Shown: positions 1 to 14,749, numbered from the stretch's first letter. The stretch: DNA of 64,000 nucleotides from the human T2T-CHM13v2.0 reference genome, Homo sapiens (GCF_009914755.1 NC_060928.1); one strand, 5' to 3'. Numbers and translations: made by a program. Notes: generated from the sequence alone by a model not told the origin.

Positions 1-105
1 TAAAATTTCTCTCTTTTGTATTCTGTCCCTTTATTTCTCAAACCCGCCTACACTTAGGGAAAAGAGAAAAGAACCTACGTGACTATCGGGGCAGGTTCCC
101 CGATA
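1..105 (+). mobile_element. 3' end of a MER11-type (HERV-K11) LTR, cut by the window edge
   Basis: cacttagggaaaagagaaaagaacctacgtgactatcggggcaggttccccgata matches the recalled MER11 U5 terminus. Confidence 0.75.
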
Positions 106-1131
106 GTTAGGTCCATGTGTAGGTTATTTTGGGATTTGAGGAATTTGTTTAACCATAGATAAACCAGTTTTGTTTCATTGAAATGGCTTGTTCATACAGA
201 TCCTGGAATATGGAATCTTCCATTTTAAAGGCATGTCTGGCTTTAAAATTTAAATAATAGCTCCATCTTACCTAAAGGAGTCCTGAACAAATGATGCATG
301 TTATCATTATTATTTACGAATCCATCCACTGACATGTCATGATAATGTTAACTCTTCATAACTTTTCTACCTCAGAAAGTGATTTAGGTCAGTTTATGAG
401 TCAGTCACCCAGATGTTTCCAGATATGTTTACATCTAATTTCCAGTCTATTTTCTGAGTTGCTCACATTTTATTTTTATGCCTTGATATCCTTGAACTAA
501 CAAATTCTTGAACTTAGGTATTTCTTCTTGTAAAATAGACTTACATGAATTATGAAATACTTTCACTTTCCTATAAGTCACTAATGCCCCAAAACATTAA
601 ACAGACTCATATAAATTTTACTTAAGCCCTGCAGCACAAACAAATGTGTGTCAAGTATAGACTCCTTGAGGGAGCTACGGGAAGTATAAGGTAGTTTGTT
701 TCAATTTCTCCTTATTATTGCCCTGGCACTGATGTGACTGATGCAGACAAGTGTTCAATTCTTCACTTGCATTTCTCCTTCCCTTTAGCATTGCCTCCTC
801 TCTTTTCTACAATCTGTCTCTAGCTTTCACTATAGACTCAGGACAATATTTCTACATTTATTAAAACAAGTTTGCCATTCTTAAAACATAAATACTAAGT
901 TATATAACTAATTAGAAATCTTACTGCTAACACAAGTAGGAAAGCTAAAATCTGATAGTACTACAGGTTGCTCTATTATGGGCTTAATTATTTAATTCAA
1001 TTATAAGTTAATTCAATTATAAGAGGTTTCTTTTCAGGATTAAAATATCTACTCCATACATATTTTCTCTTAATTGACTTTAAATATGATATAACTTATA
1101 AATATCTATACAGATTACAGAAAATAATTGA

Positions 1132-1461
<330 letters not shown>

Positions 1462-2104
1462 TGAGAAGTTGTTAAGTGTTTGAAAGTGGGGTGACTAAAG
1501 AAGTGAGGATCTAAACTCAAATTATATAAAGGGATTTTCAAGATCTGTTTTTCTGTGAGATAAAAATGCTTAGTATTTTTACCTACTTTACCTCTCATAA
1601 TGTTCAAAATGACCCTTTGAATGAGAAAGTAAAATTTTAAAAATTCGAGGAAAATGTTACTCAGATGACATTACACATATTAATAAATGTCAGAAGTAGA
1701 ATTTAATACCAGGGATGTTGGGCTAACAGTCCTTTCCATTTTCAGGATGTCATTATAATTCCATAAAAGAAGATCCTAGCTATTTTGATTTGGTCTGGAA
1801 AGTGAACTAGAATCAGTGATTGTACACTATGAAGACAAATTTTGATTCCATATGCAAAACTATGCAATAAAGAGGTGTGGTGACAATAAAATAAGAGATA
1901 AGGTCAAGAATCTTGATTTAAAAAAAAAAAAGAAAACAACTCTAAGGTACTAAGTCAGCTGACATATATACTTCCCAAAGAAATTCCTGAAGCACTTTCC
2001 CAGAATACATTAATGGATAGGTAAGGTGTACTTACAAATGGAACAAAGCAACACACACATTCGATCAGGTAGAATTATCATAAGAATTTAAATTCATTAT
2101 GTGT

Positions 2105-2563
2105 CGTGAAAATTGATTATAGGAATTGGAGTTATTCTTGTCTAATGCAATTAGATTTGAGTTGAGGGACCAGGGAAAAAATCACTCAGGTACAAAGCAC
2201 CTGCTCCAGGAACTGTTTCATAAACCCAGCTGCTGAAACCATCTGCTATAACAGTAAGTCCAGTTTTACCCAGTAGCTGCCAAAATGACATGTTCTGACC
2301 CTAAGACTAGTTTTACCTACCATTGTCACCCACCAATCAGAGGTTGCCAGTTCCTGAAAAACTACACTGAAGCCAATGAACTTTCTTTCAAAATGACTCT
2401 ATGTAACATGTTTTTCCCAATAAAACCCCAACCACCAAATTCTTTATTCTTCGGGCATCCCAGTTTGTGCCTATCCCTCAAATTGCAATTCTATTTTTGT
2501 ATATATTTTCAAATGAAAACATTTGCTCAGAGTTTTGTCTCTACAGTTTATTTGATTTTGACA
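2105..2563 (+). repeat. 5' LTR (LTR54-like)
   Basis: Starts (c)gtgaaaattga and ends tttgaca. Contains CCAAT boxes and aataaa. Aligns by eye with 10599-11057. Confidence 0.88.
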
Positions 2564-2567
2564 TATT

Positions 2568-2585
2568 TATTGTCATAAGTGGAGT
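2568..2585 (+). other. Degenerate primer-binding site, probably tRNA-Leu
   Basis: tattgtcataagtggagt matches TGGTGTCAGAAGTGGGAT (complement of the tRNA-Leu 3' end) at 13/18 positions, just after the 5' LTR. Confidence 0.55.
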
Positions 2586-2943
2586 CTGAATTGAACTTGC
2601 CTGGAGAGATTCTATGGCCCCCAGAACCATGGCGTGAGGTACCAATACATGGACCCCTTGAGCCCCACTTTGGTGTGTACCCTTTTTGCCTGGTGAGTCT
2701 CTACCTCGGATCCAAACCCCATGTCCTGCTGTCTGAGTTGTACAGTTTTATTTGAAATTAGATTTTCTGAGGGTTTTTTCCACTCCTGTTTATGAAGGAC
2801 TTCCCTTCTTTTAAAGAAGTCTTTGTCCCTCTTCCTGGTGAATACATACTTCATTCTTTTATTCATTTTGTGTTCTTGGTTTTTATTTTGGCTTCTGTGT
2901 ATTTTGTGTTAAATCAAATTGCCTAGATAAATTTATTCAGAAA

Positions 2944-4330
2944 ATGGGCCCTTGATGTTTGAAGGCAAGCCAAGATACACACCTGTACCCCCCCATCAGG
3001 GACTCCAGCTGGTTTTATGCTTAAGCATTATGGCACATCAGCACGTGCTTTCTTATTGCAATGGGCTGATTATACTAAAGACAACTGGGAATTGCAATGA
3101 CATTCCTGATTTTTTTTTTGACTTCCCTAAACTTGTTTTTCTCAGAAATACCTGAGAAGTTTAGTCTATAAAACCAAACATTCCGAATTGAATGTATACC
3201 TTAATTGGTATCTGGAGGTGTCCATATAATATATTCAAGATTCAAAATTTGCCTTGCCCCAAAATACTTTCTCTAAGTTAACTGGAATAAATGAAGGATG
3301 GAGAAAGAAAGGCTTTAGGAACTCAAATTCTTTCTGTTTATTAGGTGCCACCTACTGTCTCTCCTCTCTTCACCTTCTGAACTTCCCTTGTTCTCTGATA
3401 TTTCTTGCCCTATTTCTTCTCCCCTTTCTGCTTCCCAACCTCAACCTACAAACCCTGTCCCCATAAGGATTAACTTCTACTGATTCTGAGATTCTCCAGA
3501 TGTCCTATGTCTTTTGGAGTAAAACAGAACTCTGTGCTATAGCCAAAGAATTTCCCAAGGTTATGGAGGACTCTCGTTATGTTACCAATAAATTTAACAT
3601 TACAGTTCAGGCTTACCAGCCCAAATTCTCTTGTCTTTATCAACTTATTTGCATGCTGTGGGAGAAGGCCAGGCCCAACACTGAATAGCAAAAGCCAATT
3701 GGACCCATCCCCAACTGGATTTAGCAATATCTGTGCCCAGTCCCGGAATCAGACCTACAATATTAGAAACTGGCTCAACAACTTTCAATTTATAGAGTGC
3801 CATCCTCAATCCATTTTATAAAGCCTTAGATTGGAAAATTTAAGCTTATACCCAAGAGCTAAATGAACCAATTCATAACTATTATAAGAGACTCCTGGTT
3901 ATATTCAGAGAAAACGTTGGCCTACCTATGGATGTTGACTATACTAGACTTACCTTTTACTCTATGTTTGCCAAGGATCTCAACCAAGAACTTTCTCTGT
4001 GAGTTAAAAAAAAAAAAGTTCACATGGAGGGGGAGACCACACCACCTGCTGAATTTGTTAATTTGGCAAATCAGTTGGCTTGCACCATAAAGAATACTAA
4101 TAAAAAGAAGACTACTAAAATCCTAAACCTCCAATTGCAACATGAATGCTCCCAGAGAAAACAATTTGGTCTCTAAATGACACACCTTTAATCCACAAAA
4201 GCCACCTCTTGGCATCTGTCATTATTGTAAATAGCCAAGGCTAATGGAAGAAAAACTGTTAACGTAAGCAATCAGTTTTAAGTTTATAAACAGTCTTCTT
4301 CACTTAAGCCTTCTGCTTCTCCTTCCCTAT
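2944..4330 (+). pseudogene. gag: ERV gag relic (MA, CA, NC zinc knuckle), with frameshifts and stops
   Basis: ATG GGC start at 2944. MA-like GTPAGFM..FDFPKLVFLR, CA-like WSKTELCAIAKEFPK..YQLICML, and a CHYCK*P..WKKNC knuckle at ~4217-4260. Confidence 0.75.
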
Positions 4331-7300
4331 GGAGGGGCTTTGAGAACATACAGGAGCTTTCTCCAATTCTTCCACTTAATCACCTTGGGGAGACCACTCT
4401 AAATTGGCAATGAGGTCCTGACTGTTTATATAGATACAGGAGCAACCCTATTGGTGTTCAACTCCACTAACCTCAACCAGCTCCTGCCTTGGAGTAATAA
4501 AAATATTTAAATGGGGGAGTTTTAGATGAACCATTGATGGCTTTTCTGTCCCAGCCTATTACTTTTCACCTTAAGCCATTACAGGATACCTATCTCTTCT
4601 TACTGGCGGAATCTACTCCAGCTCATTTTGGAAAAATATCACGCTGGCATCTCTTTCTCCCAAAAAGAAAAAATAATTGATAAGAACAATCCACTGGACT
4701 CTACTTTTGATGCCCTGCTTATATGTTACATTGTCCCAACACCAAAGATATTCCTGCTGGCTCCCAGAATTTTTTATCGAAACAGGTACCTGTCTTTTCA
4801 CGGGCCACGTCATCAACACAGAGCCATAGTGCACCCTGGTTAAAATCCAAACTGATTGAACAAAGCCCTTGCTTCATACAAAACAAAATCCTTTGGGCCA
4901 ATGTACCTTACAAGGGGTAGGACCCATCATTGAAGAACACAAAACTCAAGGCTTAAAAATTCCTTGCACCAGTCTCTGTTACACTCCCATTCTCCCAGTG
5001 AGAAAATCTAATGTTTACAGGTATAGATTTGTTCAGGGTTTCCGTTATTTATAATTTATTTGTTTGTTATTTGTAATTTATAATATTATTTATAAATGAT
5101 AAATAATATTGTTATATCATGCTATACCATAGTCCCAAATCCACATAATTTGTTGACCTCAATACCAACTTATAGTAAATTGTCCACTGAAATTTACCTC
5201 TGTGGTGCTTTCCTTAGCATCCCTTTTGATCAAACCAGTCAATATCCATTTGCCTTCATTTGGGAAGGACAACAATATACTTGGACTATTACGCCTCAAT
5301 ACTAAACTGAAAGTCTTTCCAATCTTTCTCAAATTCTGAAAGTTAATTTAGAATATGTAACTTTCCCCTAAGGCTCATCCTTACTATAGTATGCAGATGA
5401 CTTCTTTGCTCTCCCATACAGGTATCCTGTGAGGAAGACAGTGTGAGTTTATGAAAACTTCTAGCCATAAAAGATTATAGTTTTCTAAAGAAAAGTTACT
5501 ATTAGTTAAAACCCAAGTTAAACATCTGGGTTATCTGATTTTTCAAACAGGGCTACGTTTAAACCCTGAACAGATCCAAGGTGTCCCGCAGTTCCATAAA
5601 CCCCAAACTAAATGGCAACTTTGAGGGTTTCTTGGACTTGCTAATCCCTGCCATAACTGAATATCAAATTTTTTTGATTACTAAAACCCTGCATGTCCTA
5701 CTCAAGGCTTCTAAGCCTGATCCCATTGTAGGGAAAAAATCTAAAGACATTGCATTTATTAGATTAAAGAGGGATTTTTAAATCCCTCTGCCCTGGGGGT
5801 CTCTAATTATCAACTCCCTTTTTTTCTTTTTGTTTATGAAAAGAAAGAAAATGCCTTGAGTGTCCTAACTGAAAAACATGGAGATCAACACTGTCCCACT
5901 GGATATTACAGCCAACAAGTAGACTCAGTAGCTCAAGAATTACCTCCTCATTTGAGAACTATTGTAACTACTGCTCTACTAGTCACTTCACTGAAGAAAT
6001 GGTCATGGAATATCCTTCAACCATTTTTTATTTTCCATGCTGTTAAATTCTTCTACATTCACATCATACTTAACACCTATTTGCCAGTAATTTTACCTCT
6101 TATAAACTTTTTTTTTGGCTAGCTGCTCCTTACATAACTCATTTTCAATAGAACAATGTTAATTCTTCTACTTTTTTTTACCCCTCCTTCTGGTGTGGAC
6201 CCATCCCTATTACTTTTTGCCTCTGACTATCTTTTAACTCAGCATAAAGATTTATAAGAGGCTTTATTAGACAATGCTGAACTATCATGATTTACAGATG
6301 GAGCATATTTAAAGGATGACATTGGTAAATAAGGTGAAGAATATACAATTGCTACTTAGTTTAAAGATATCGAGGTTGCACCCTTAGCTATTGTTACTTC
6401 TACCCACAAAGCTGAACTTTATGCCCTTACTCAGGCTTGCCTCCTTACTAAAGGGAAATCTGCTAATACGAATTCACAGACTGTAGTTATGCTTTCTTGG
6501 TTGCTCATGATTTCAGGATTTTATGGAAGCAAAGGTGCTATCTTACTTTCATTGGAGGTCAAATAAAAAATAGATCCTATGTATAAGACTTATTGGATGC
6601 CACATAGGTACCAGCTGTTTTGACTATTGTCAAAATTCTTGGACATTTAAGATTGGACTCAGTGGGGGTTAGAAGATTCTATGGAGGCTAGAGAAAACTA
6701 CTTTGCCTATAATGCTGCTAGTAATGCTGCTCTTAAAGTTTCAATTGATCAAATCTTTGTCATGGCCTCACAAAAAGAACATTAAGATGGTTCAAAGATG
6801 CACAAAATTGAGTACCAGAAACTAGAAAATAATTGGGAGAATCATGGCAGCTAGTTTTGTGATTAAAAAAGAACTCTGATTTGGACATGAAAATAAACCA
6901 ATTTTCCCAGATTCATCGAGCTATCTACTGTTAACTATAATTCATAATTTGACTCATAGACAACTAACACATTTATTTCTTTTATGAAATGATATTGGTG
7001 GGGTGACATTAAAAAGTCTGCCAGAAGTGCTTATTTGGCTTGTACTAGTGGTACTAAGTTTAGTCCAAGAAATACTACACACACCATTCCTGGACATTTT
7101 AATTTACCTAATGGGTCATTTGAGATTTGGCAAATGGACTTTTTCCAGCTACGCGTCTCCTTTGGATACATACATATTAGTATAATCTCTATGTTTTTCA
7201 ATTGGGTGGAAGACTTTTCTTGTAGACAAGCCATTGCTTCAGCCATGGCCAAAATTATTCTAGAGAAAATTATTCCCATGTAGGGGACTCCCTTTTTCTT

Positions 7301-7557
7301 TATAGTAACTAGGGAATCCACTTTATTGGTCATGTAATATTGTAGATTATATAGTTTCACTCTGTGTCTCCACTCAGATCTCATCTCAGATTGTAATCTG
7401 AGGGAGGGACGTGGTGGGAGGTGTTTGGATCATGTGGACGGTTTCTCCCATGCTGCCCTTTGATAGTGAGTGAGCTCTCATGAGATCTGATGGTTTTAAA
7501 GTGTGGTACTTACCCCCTTGTTCTTTCTCTCTCCTTCCACCTTGTGAAGAAGGCTGA

Positions 7558-7870
7558 TTTTGTTTGTTTGTTTTCTTTTGTTTTTTTGAGACAGAGTCTC
7601 GATCTGTCACCCAGGCTGGAGTGCAGTGGTGCAATCTAGGCTCACTGCAAGCTCCGCCTCCCAGGTTCACGTCATTCTCCTGCCTTAGCCTCCCAAATAG
7701 CTGGGACTACAGGTGCCCACCACCACATCCGGCTATTTTTTTGTGTGTTTTTAGCAGAGATGGGGTTTCACCATGTTAGCCAGGATGGTCTTGATCTTCT
7801 GACCTCATGATCCACCCACCTCAGCCTCTCAAAGTGCTGGGATTACAGGCATGAGCCACTGTGCCTGGCC
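7558..7870 (-). mobile_element. AluY/Sc-type Alu nested in THE1D
   Basis: Full antisense Alu with gcaagctccgcctccc and ttagccaggatggtc diagnostics. Confidence 0.92.
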
Positions 7871-7873
7871 TGT

Positions 7874-7877
<4 letters not shown>

Positions 7878-7917
<40 letters not shown>

Positions 7918-7929
7918 TGTGTGTGTGTG
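7878..7929. repeat. (TG)n microsatellite
   Basis: About 26 TG units with one interruption. Confidence 0.95.
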
Positions 7930-8198
7930 CCTGCTTTAGATGCCTGCTTCCCATTCATCTTCCACCATGCTTGTAAGTTTCCTGAGATCTCCCCAGCAAT
8001 GCAGAACTATGAGTAAATTAAACCTCTTTTCTTTATAAATTACCCAGTCTCAGGCAATTCTTTATAGCAGTGTGAAAATGGACTAATACAGTAGGTATGT
8101 TAAATTTGACCAATTTTACAGCATTTCCAGTGTGCCTACTATCCCCAAGCTTCTGATTTTATAAAATAAATAAGTGGAACTATAAAAACCTAGTTGGT

Positions 8199-8513
8199 GG
8201 CCAGGCACGGTGGCTCACGCCTGTAATCCCAACACTTAGGGAGGTCGAGGCAGGTGGATTGCCTGAGGTCAGGAATTTGAGACCAGCCTGGCCAACATGG
8301 TGAAACCCCATCTCTACTTAAAAAAAAAAATACAAAAATTAGCCGGGTATGGTGGTGGGCACCTGTAATCCCAACTACTCAGGAGGCTGAGTCAGAGAAT
8401 TTCTTGAACCTGGGAGGCAGAGGTTGCAGTGACCCTAGATCGTGACATTGCACTCCAGCCTGGGTGACAGAGTGAGACTCCAAAAACAAACAAACAAACA
8501 AACAAACAAAAAA
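8199..8513 (+). mobile_element. AluS (Sx-like) inserted in the ERV integrase
   Basis: Full Alu with a (CAAA)n tail. TSD aaaaacc[t/c]agttgg at 8184-8197 and 8509-8522. Confidence 0.93.
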
Positions 8514-9045
8514 CCCAGTTGGCAAAATATATGAAAACCTTAACCTTTCCTGATCTAAGATTCTTCTTTTGATATTAAATTGGAGAGTCATTCCCTTTAA
8601 GGCTCGCAAACATTCACATTTTGAAATAATCACAGGAACTTGTCTCTCTCTACTTTTGACCATCAGTTAATAAAAGGAGATATACTTCTATATTGCAAAA
8701 GCATTATTAGACAATGGATAAAAATTGTACTTTGGCAGAACAATCTTTTCTTGGTGCACTCAGGAGATAAAGACCTAGAGCACCACGATGTGCAACCTGG
8801 TGACTTTGTCTACTGGAAAGATATCTACATAAAGATTCTCACCAGCCTTATTAGAAGAGTCCATATCAAGCCCTTTTCACCAATCCCTTTGCTGCAAAGC
8901 TCAAAGGCACTGACTTGTGGATCTACATATCTTATTTTTAAAAGTCCCCCACTCCTGACTGGACCAATACTCCAACAAGGGTTTTAAAACTAAAGTTCTT
9001 CCAGAATTGAAGCAGATGACATCTGAAGTAGACTTCCCTCCCAAC

Positions 9046-10419
9046 ATGTCCAGACCAGGATATATACTCTTTTTTATATAAAAAAAAAATTGGTCTCTTC
9101 TTATATGCCTTTATTTTCCTGGAAAGACAATGCTATAATTCACATTTTCCAATCTATTGCCAAAGGGAGACACACAACTGGCTATTGGATTTGTCACCAC
9201 AACTTCCCATCTGTTCATTATGCAAGTTAATCTTTATTTTACCCCATAACATATTTTACTAATGTTTCCAATGAACTGTTCAAATTGTGTATCTGGTTCT
9301 TTTCATAAGATCAAGTTTTGAGATTTACATATGCAGATTTCACGCTTTACCCTAACAGTATCTAAGGTCTACACAAAAGACTTTAAAATTAGATTAATAT
9401 TATATAAAGAAAAATATGGTAAGAGTACTCAAGATAAAAGAAATTCAACAGATTGCAAAACTATTCCTTCCCCTGGTCTTCTAATTTTTGATGGCCTCCA
9501 GCAATGCAATAGTTCAGTAATGTAATCTTGGCAAAATGGTGCTGACACCTCCTTATGAGTAATTGTTAATACACAAGGTAGTCCCTATGGAATTACCTCT
9601 TGTGTTCCATTGGAATACATTTTCATCTGTGGGGGATTCAAAAGTCAACTACCTGTTTGGGCAACATTACATCTTAAGAAATGGAAAATTAAAAGACCAA
9701 TGTGGTTTGAAATACTTCTGTATTAAATTTAAATCAGCAAAATTTAAACATTATTGGTTCCTACCTCTTAGGTTACATCGTGATATTTAAAAGAGACACT
9801 TTGTCAGGAGGCATAAATCTAGCAGATGGGCCTCAGTTGTTAAATCTTTTTTCCCTAGCATCAGAATTAGCCACTTAGGAACAATCATCAGAAATTTATC
9901 CTTAACAATTTGGTCCATAGTCAACTCCACAGCTAAAGCTATTGCAGCTGAAAAATACTTCCTTAGATTATTTTGCTAAAGTGGCATTTGATAGCAGGAT
10001 TGCTCTGGATTATTTATTAGCTAAACAAGGTAGTATTTGTGCAGTTGCTAACACTGTTTGCTGCACATGGATAAATTCCTCTGGAGAAGTAAAGCGGCAA
10101 TTACACAAGATAAGCAAGCAAGCCACTTGGCTCCAAAAAGTTTCAGCAGATACATCTGGACTTTTTGATCTGTTCAGTTGATTACCTTCAAAATTGGGTT
10201 CATGGTTGAGAACAATTATTTAAAGTGGAATTTATGATATTATTCCTGATCATTCTTTGCATTGAGATCTTTAAGCTCCATTTTTCTTGCCTGTCTAATC
10301 TTTGTAAAACCAGTCTTCACAAAAGAATAATGTTAGCAGAATACTTCAAGATGATTGCTAATGTATATGGGACTGGTAAGCTGGAACTCTCTGCTGGACT
10401 CCAGGCAAGCCTGCCCTGA
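9046..10419 (+). pseudogene. env: ERV env relic (gamma-type SU/TM)
   Basis: SU start WKDNAIIHIFQSIAKGRHTTGYWICH (CxxC decayed to YWIC) and CVPLEYIFICG. TM immunosuppressive domain FDSRIALDYLLAKQGSIC, CX6CC CAVANTVCC, and a hydrophobic anchor near 10225-10300. Multiple stops and frameshifts. Confidence 0.9.
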
Positions 10420-10598
10420 GAGGTTTTCTTTCTGGCCACAAATGTGGCCTGGGTTTCTAACACTGATTCCCATACTTTGCTCTCAATTTGGGACCAGACA
10501 CAATTAGGATATCCCAGCATTAAGAGACAATTAAACCTAACTTCAGGATGGTTGATCAGTGATATTTTCATAGAAAGATCTTGAACAAAAGGGGAAAA

Positions 10599-11057
10599 TG
10601 TGAAAATTGACTTTACAAATTGGAGTTATTTTTTTCAGACCCAACTAAATTATAGTTGAGGGACCAGGGAGAAGAAGCACTAAGGTCACAAAACACCTGC
10701 TCCAGAGATTATCTCACAAGCTTATCTGCCAAAACGACCTGCTGTAACCTTAAGACCAGTTTTACATAGTAGCTGCCAAAGCAACCTTCTGTGATTCTAA
10801 AACTAGTTTACCTACCACTGCTACTCACCAATCAGTTTGCCAACAACCCAAAAAAACTTTACTAGTGCTAATGAGCTTTTAAAACAATTTGCATAACATT
10901 TCTCTTCTCCAGTAAAGCCCCAAATTTTCCTTTTTTCTTTGGAACACCAAAGACTACCCTAGTCAGTGTTTATAAGCTAAATTGCAATCCTGTTTTTATA
11001 TGTGTTTTCAAATAAAACCTTTTGCTTAGAGATTCATCTCTAAATTTTACTTGTACA
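10599..11057 (+). repeat. 3' LTR (LTR54-like)
   Basis: tgtgaaaattga...ttgtaca, preceded by the PPT and followed by the TSD gtgt. aataaa at ~11011. Confidence 0.9.
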
Positions 11058-11751
11058 GTGTCAAACTAATTTTAAGAAAACTGATGGTTGTGTAGGTGTT
11101 TTGGACACTCTACAGAATGCTGTGTCTCTTGCCCTTGCTGGTAAATTAGTGCTAGTCTTCTCTGCAGACCTGTGATGTTAGCGTAAATTTATCTCTTGGC
11201 AATAATATGGTCTTCTGAATGTGAGAAAATGAATACTGCCATATTGCCTAATACCAAATTTTTTGCTGCACAAAAGTTTTCAGCTTTCTTAACTTTATCA
11301 AACACCATGAGAATGAACTGCCAAAGGAAAAATAGTAAACTGTAGGTTTTGCTTTCACACTTTTAAGAGTTCCACAATTCATCACATTCGTTTTCCAAAT
11401 CTTCAAGGAAACTATATTTTCTAGGAAGATGCTGCATGTTTAACATGTGAATTTGATATACTTACCAATGTGCTAGATGCACAGAGCTAAACCTTTTATT
11501 ACAAAAACAGCTACAGAATTTAGTAAGTAGGTGTAGGTTTTATTGGTCCTTATAGCTAGCTATAGTTCTGTTTTCAGCTCTCTTTATTCCTTTGAGTCTT
11601 TAATATAAATAATTAGACCCATGGCAGAAAACCAACATTTTTTATGGCATATCTTCAGAGAGTCAAGGTATGAATGTTGGAATAAGAAGAATTAGAAGAT
11701 ATGTTGGGGGGACTATTATTGCTTATTAATTGACCATGGGTATACATCATT

Positions 11752-13435
<1,684 letters not shown>

Positions 13436-14202
13436 TTATCATACTCAGGGAAAAAGAAAGGTAGAATACTTGGAAGTAAAGATGATAAGATTTCTAAATT
13501 CCTCACATTTCTTTGACCAGAACCATAAGATTAGTATGCATACTTAACGAAAATAAATGTTTTGTTTTTTACTCAGCTTCAATTTTTCTATTTACATTTT
13601 TCAGTTTTTGAGAATAGGGATGATTCTTTATTCGTTGTTGTATTTCTAGCCTGTAGAATGTACTAACAAACATTTCTTAAAAGAATTTTTTTAATTTTAG
13701 CTATACAATGTATCATTGCTTTTATAATTTTCAAGTCAGAATCCCCTTATTTGTTAAGTTATTGGTTGCAATCAGCAGTAATTGCAGGAAACTTTAAGTG
13801 GGTTAATAAAATTTCTTACAAATTTGCCAATTTGCATTCTCTAATGTTAAAATCTAAATTTATGTATTTTTTTAAGTTTTTGATTCCAAATATGAAAGTT
13901 AAGCTCCGCAAAAGCCAATTTTAGAATTTTAAAAATTTGGATACAAATGTAATATGCTAGTTACTGACCTATCAAAAATTAGATGCACAAACACAAGCTG
14001 ACACACAAAAACATAGGACTTAGGTATTCACAGAGATATAAAATTGAAAATGTTTCAAATATATTTAACATGTTTTTTAACCCTAAATTTCTACCCTCAA
14101 TATAATAACTTTATATCACCACAAATAGTCCAAACCCACAACCTTAAATGATTTTAAAGTGGTGTTGTGGGGCAGTGTTCAAGAATTGTGAATTACCTGA
14201 AA

Positions 14203-14649
14203 TGTATTGACATTAAAACAGGTTAGCCTGCTACTGTTTCATGGAGGTCCCAGAAAACAAGAAACTACTGGATCAGAGAAAAAGAACGCTTTTACTCATG
14301 GCAAAGCAGGAAGCAGGAACTGTATGTTTACATCAGTTCCCTTTGCCAGGCCCCCAAGTCCCATGGGGCAATGTAGAGGAGGGCCCAGTTATGCATACAC
14401 AGTGGGGCTGTGTCACAGCTAAGGAACTCTAAGCCAAGGCAGCCCTAAGCTGTTAGACATGGCTGCTAGCAAACTTTTCCAACCTTTGCACTGCAGTAAG
14501 ACATTATCTTTATTTAAAAATCTGCACTCTGCCCAAGACACGGGCACTGCATCTTCTGAGTGTCTTTGTTGTACAAACATCCTTTAAAAGGAAGTCTGGA
14601 ACAGAACACATGCAGGATGTTAGCACCCCATGGAGATTTAGCTTCCAAT
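14203..14649 (-). mobile_element. Old ERVL-class solo LTR (LTR53/MER74/MER88 group)
   Basis: Resembles recalled consensus motifs ctgctactgtttcatgga, cccccaagtcccatgggg and gacattatcttt. Subfamily uncertain. Confidence 0.6.
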
Positions 14650-14749
14650 GAGGAGTTAGAAATATACATCTAGGATTTTATTATTATTATTTTAACCAAA
14701 AACATCCCCTACATGTTGGATCAAACAAGAAAGCTAGACCTTTAAATTG

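Larger units (their letters stand above)
7347..8090 (+). mobile_element. THE1D (MaLR) solo LTR inserted in the ERV integrase
   Basis: Matches the recalled THE1D consensus and ends gactaataca. 5-bp TSD gtaga/gtagg at 7342-7346 and 8091-8095. Confidence 0.88.
4330..9010 (+). pseudogene. pol: ERV pro-pol relic (protease, RT, RNase H, integrase), interrupted by THE1D and Alus
   Basis: Protease IDTGAT (DTG 4433-4441). RT YTPILPVRK..YRFVQ, WTITPQ and YADD (5390-5401). RNase H *FTDGAY (6288-6308) and KAELYALTQA. Integrase GSFEIWQMDF..WVEDF and C-terminal QPGDFVYWK. Confidence 0.88.
2105..11057 (+). mobile_element. Near full-length decayed ERV1-class provirus (LTR54-like LTRs, MER34/HEPSI-like internal region)
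   Basis: Two homologous ~460-bp LTRs (2105-2563, 10599-11057). GTGT at 2101-2104 and 11058-11061 is the TSD. PBS-like 2568-2585, PPT aaaaggggaaaa 10587-10598, and gag/pro/pol/env motifs in canonical order. The family name is from memory. Confidence 0.92.

Noticed and set aside
991-1024. Short tandem duplications (ttaattcaattataag x2; also gagacaagaataagat near 53182-53220 and tgtagatgcat near 25528-25566)
   Set aside because: Ordinary slippage micro-duplications in AT-rich DNA.
6288-10181. Several Trp-to-stop changes in the provirus (6288, 6852, 6877, 7281, 8551, 10179), suggesting APOBEC3 hypermutation
   Set aside because: Most are TGG>TGA followed by T, which is not a GG or GA APOBEC3 context. 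Many Trp codons are intact, so neutral decay of an old element is a sufficient explanation.
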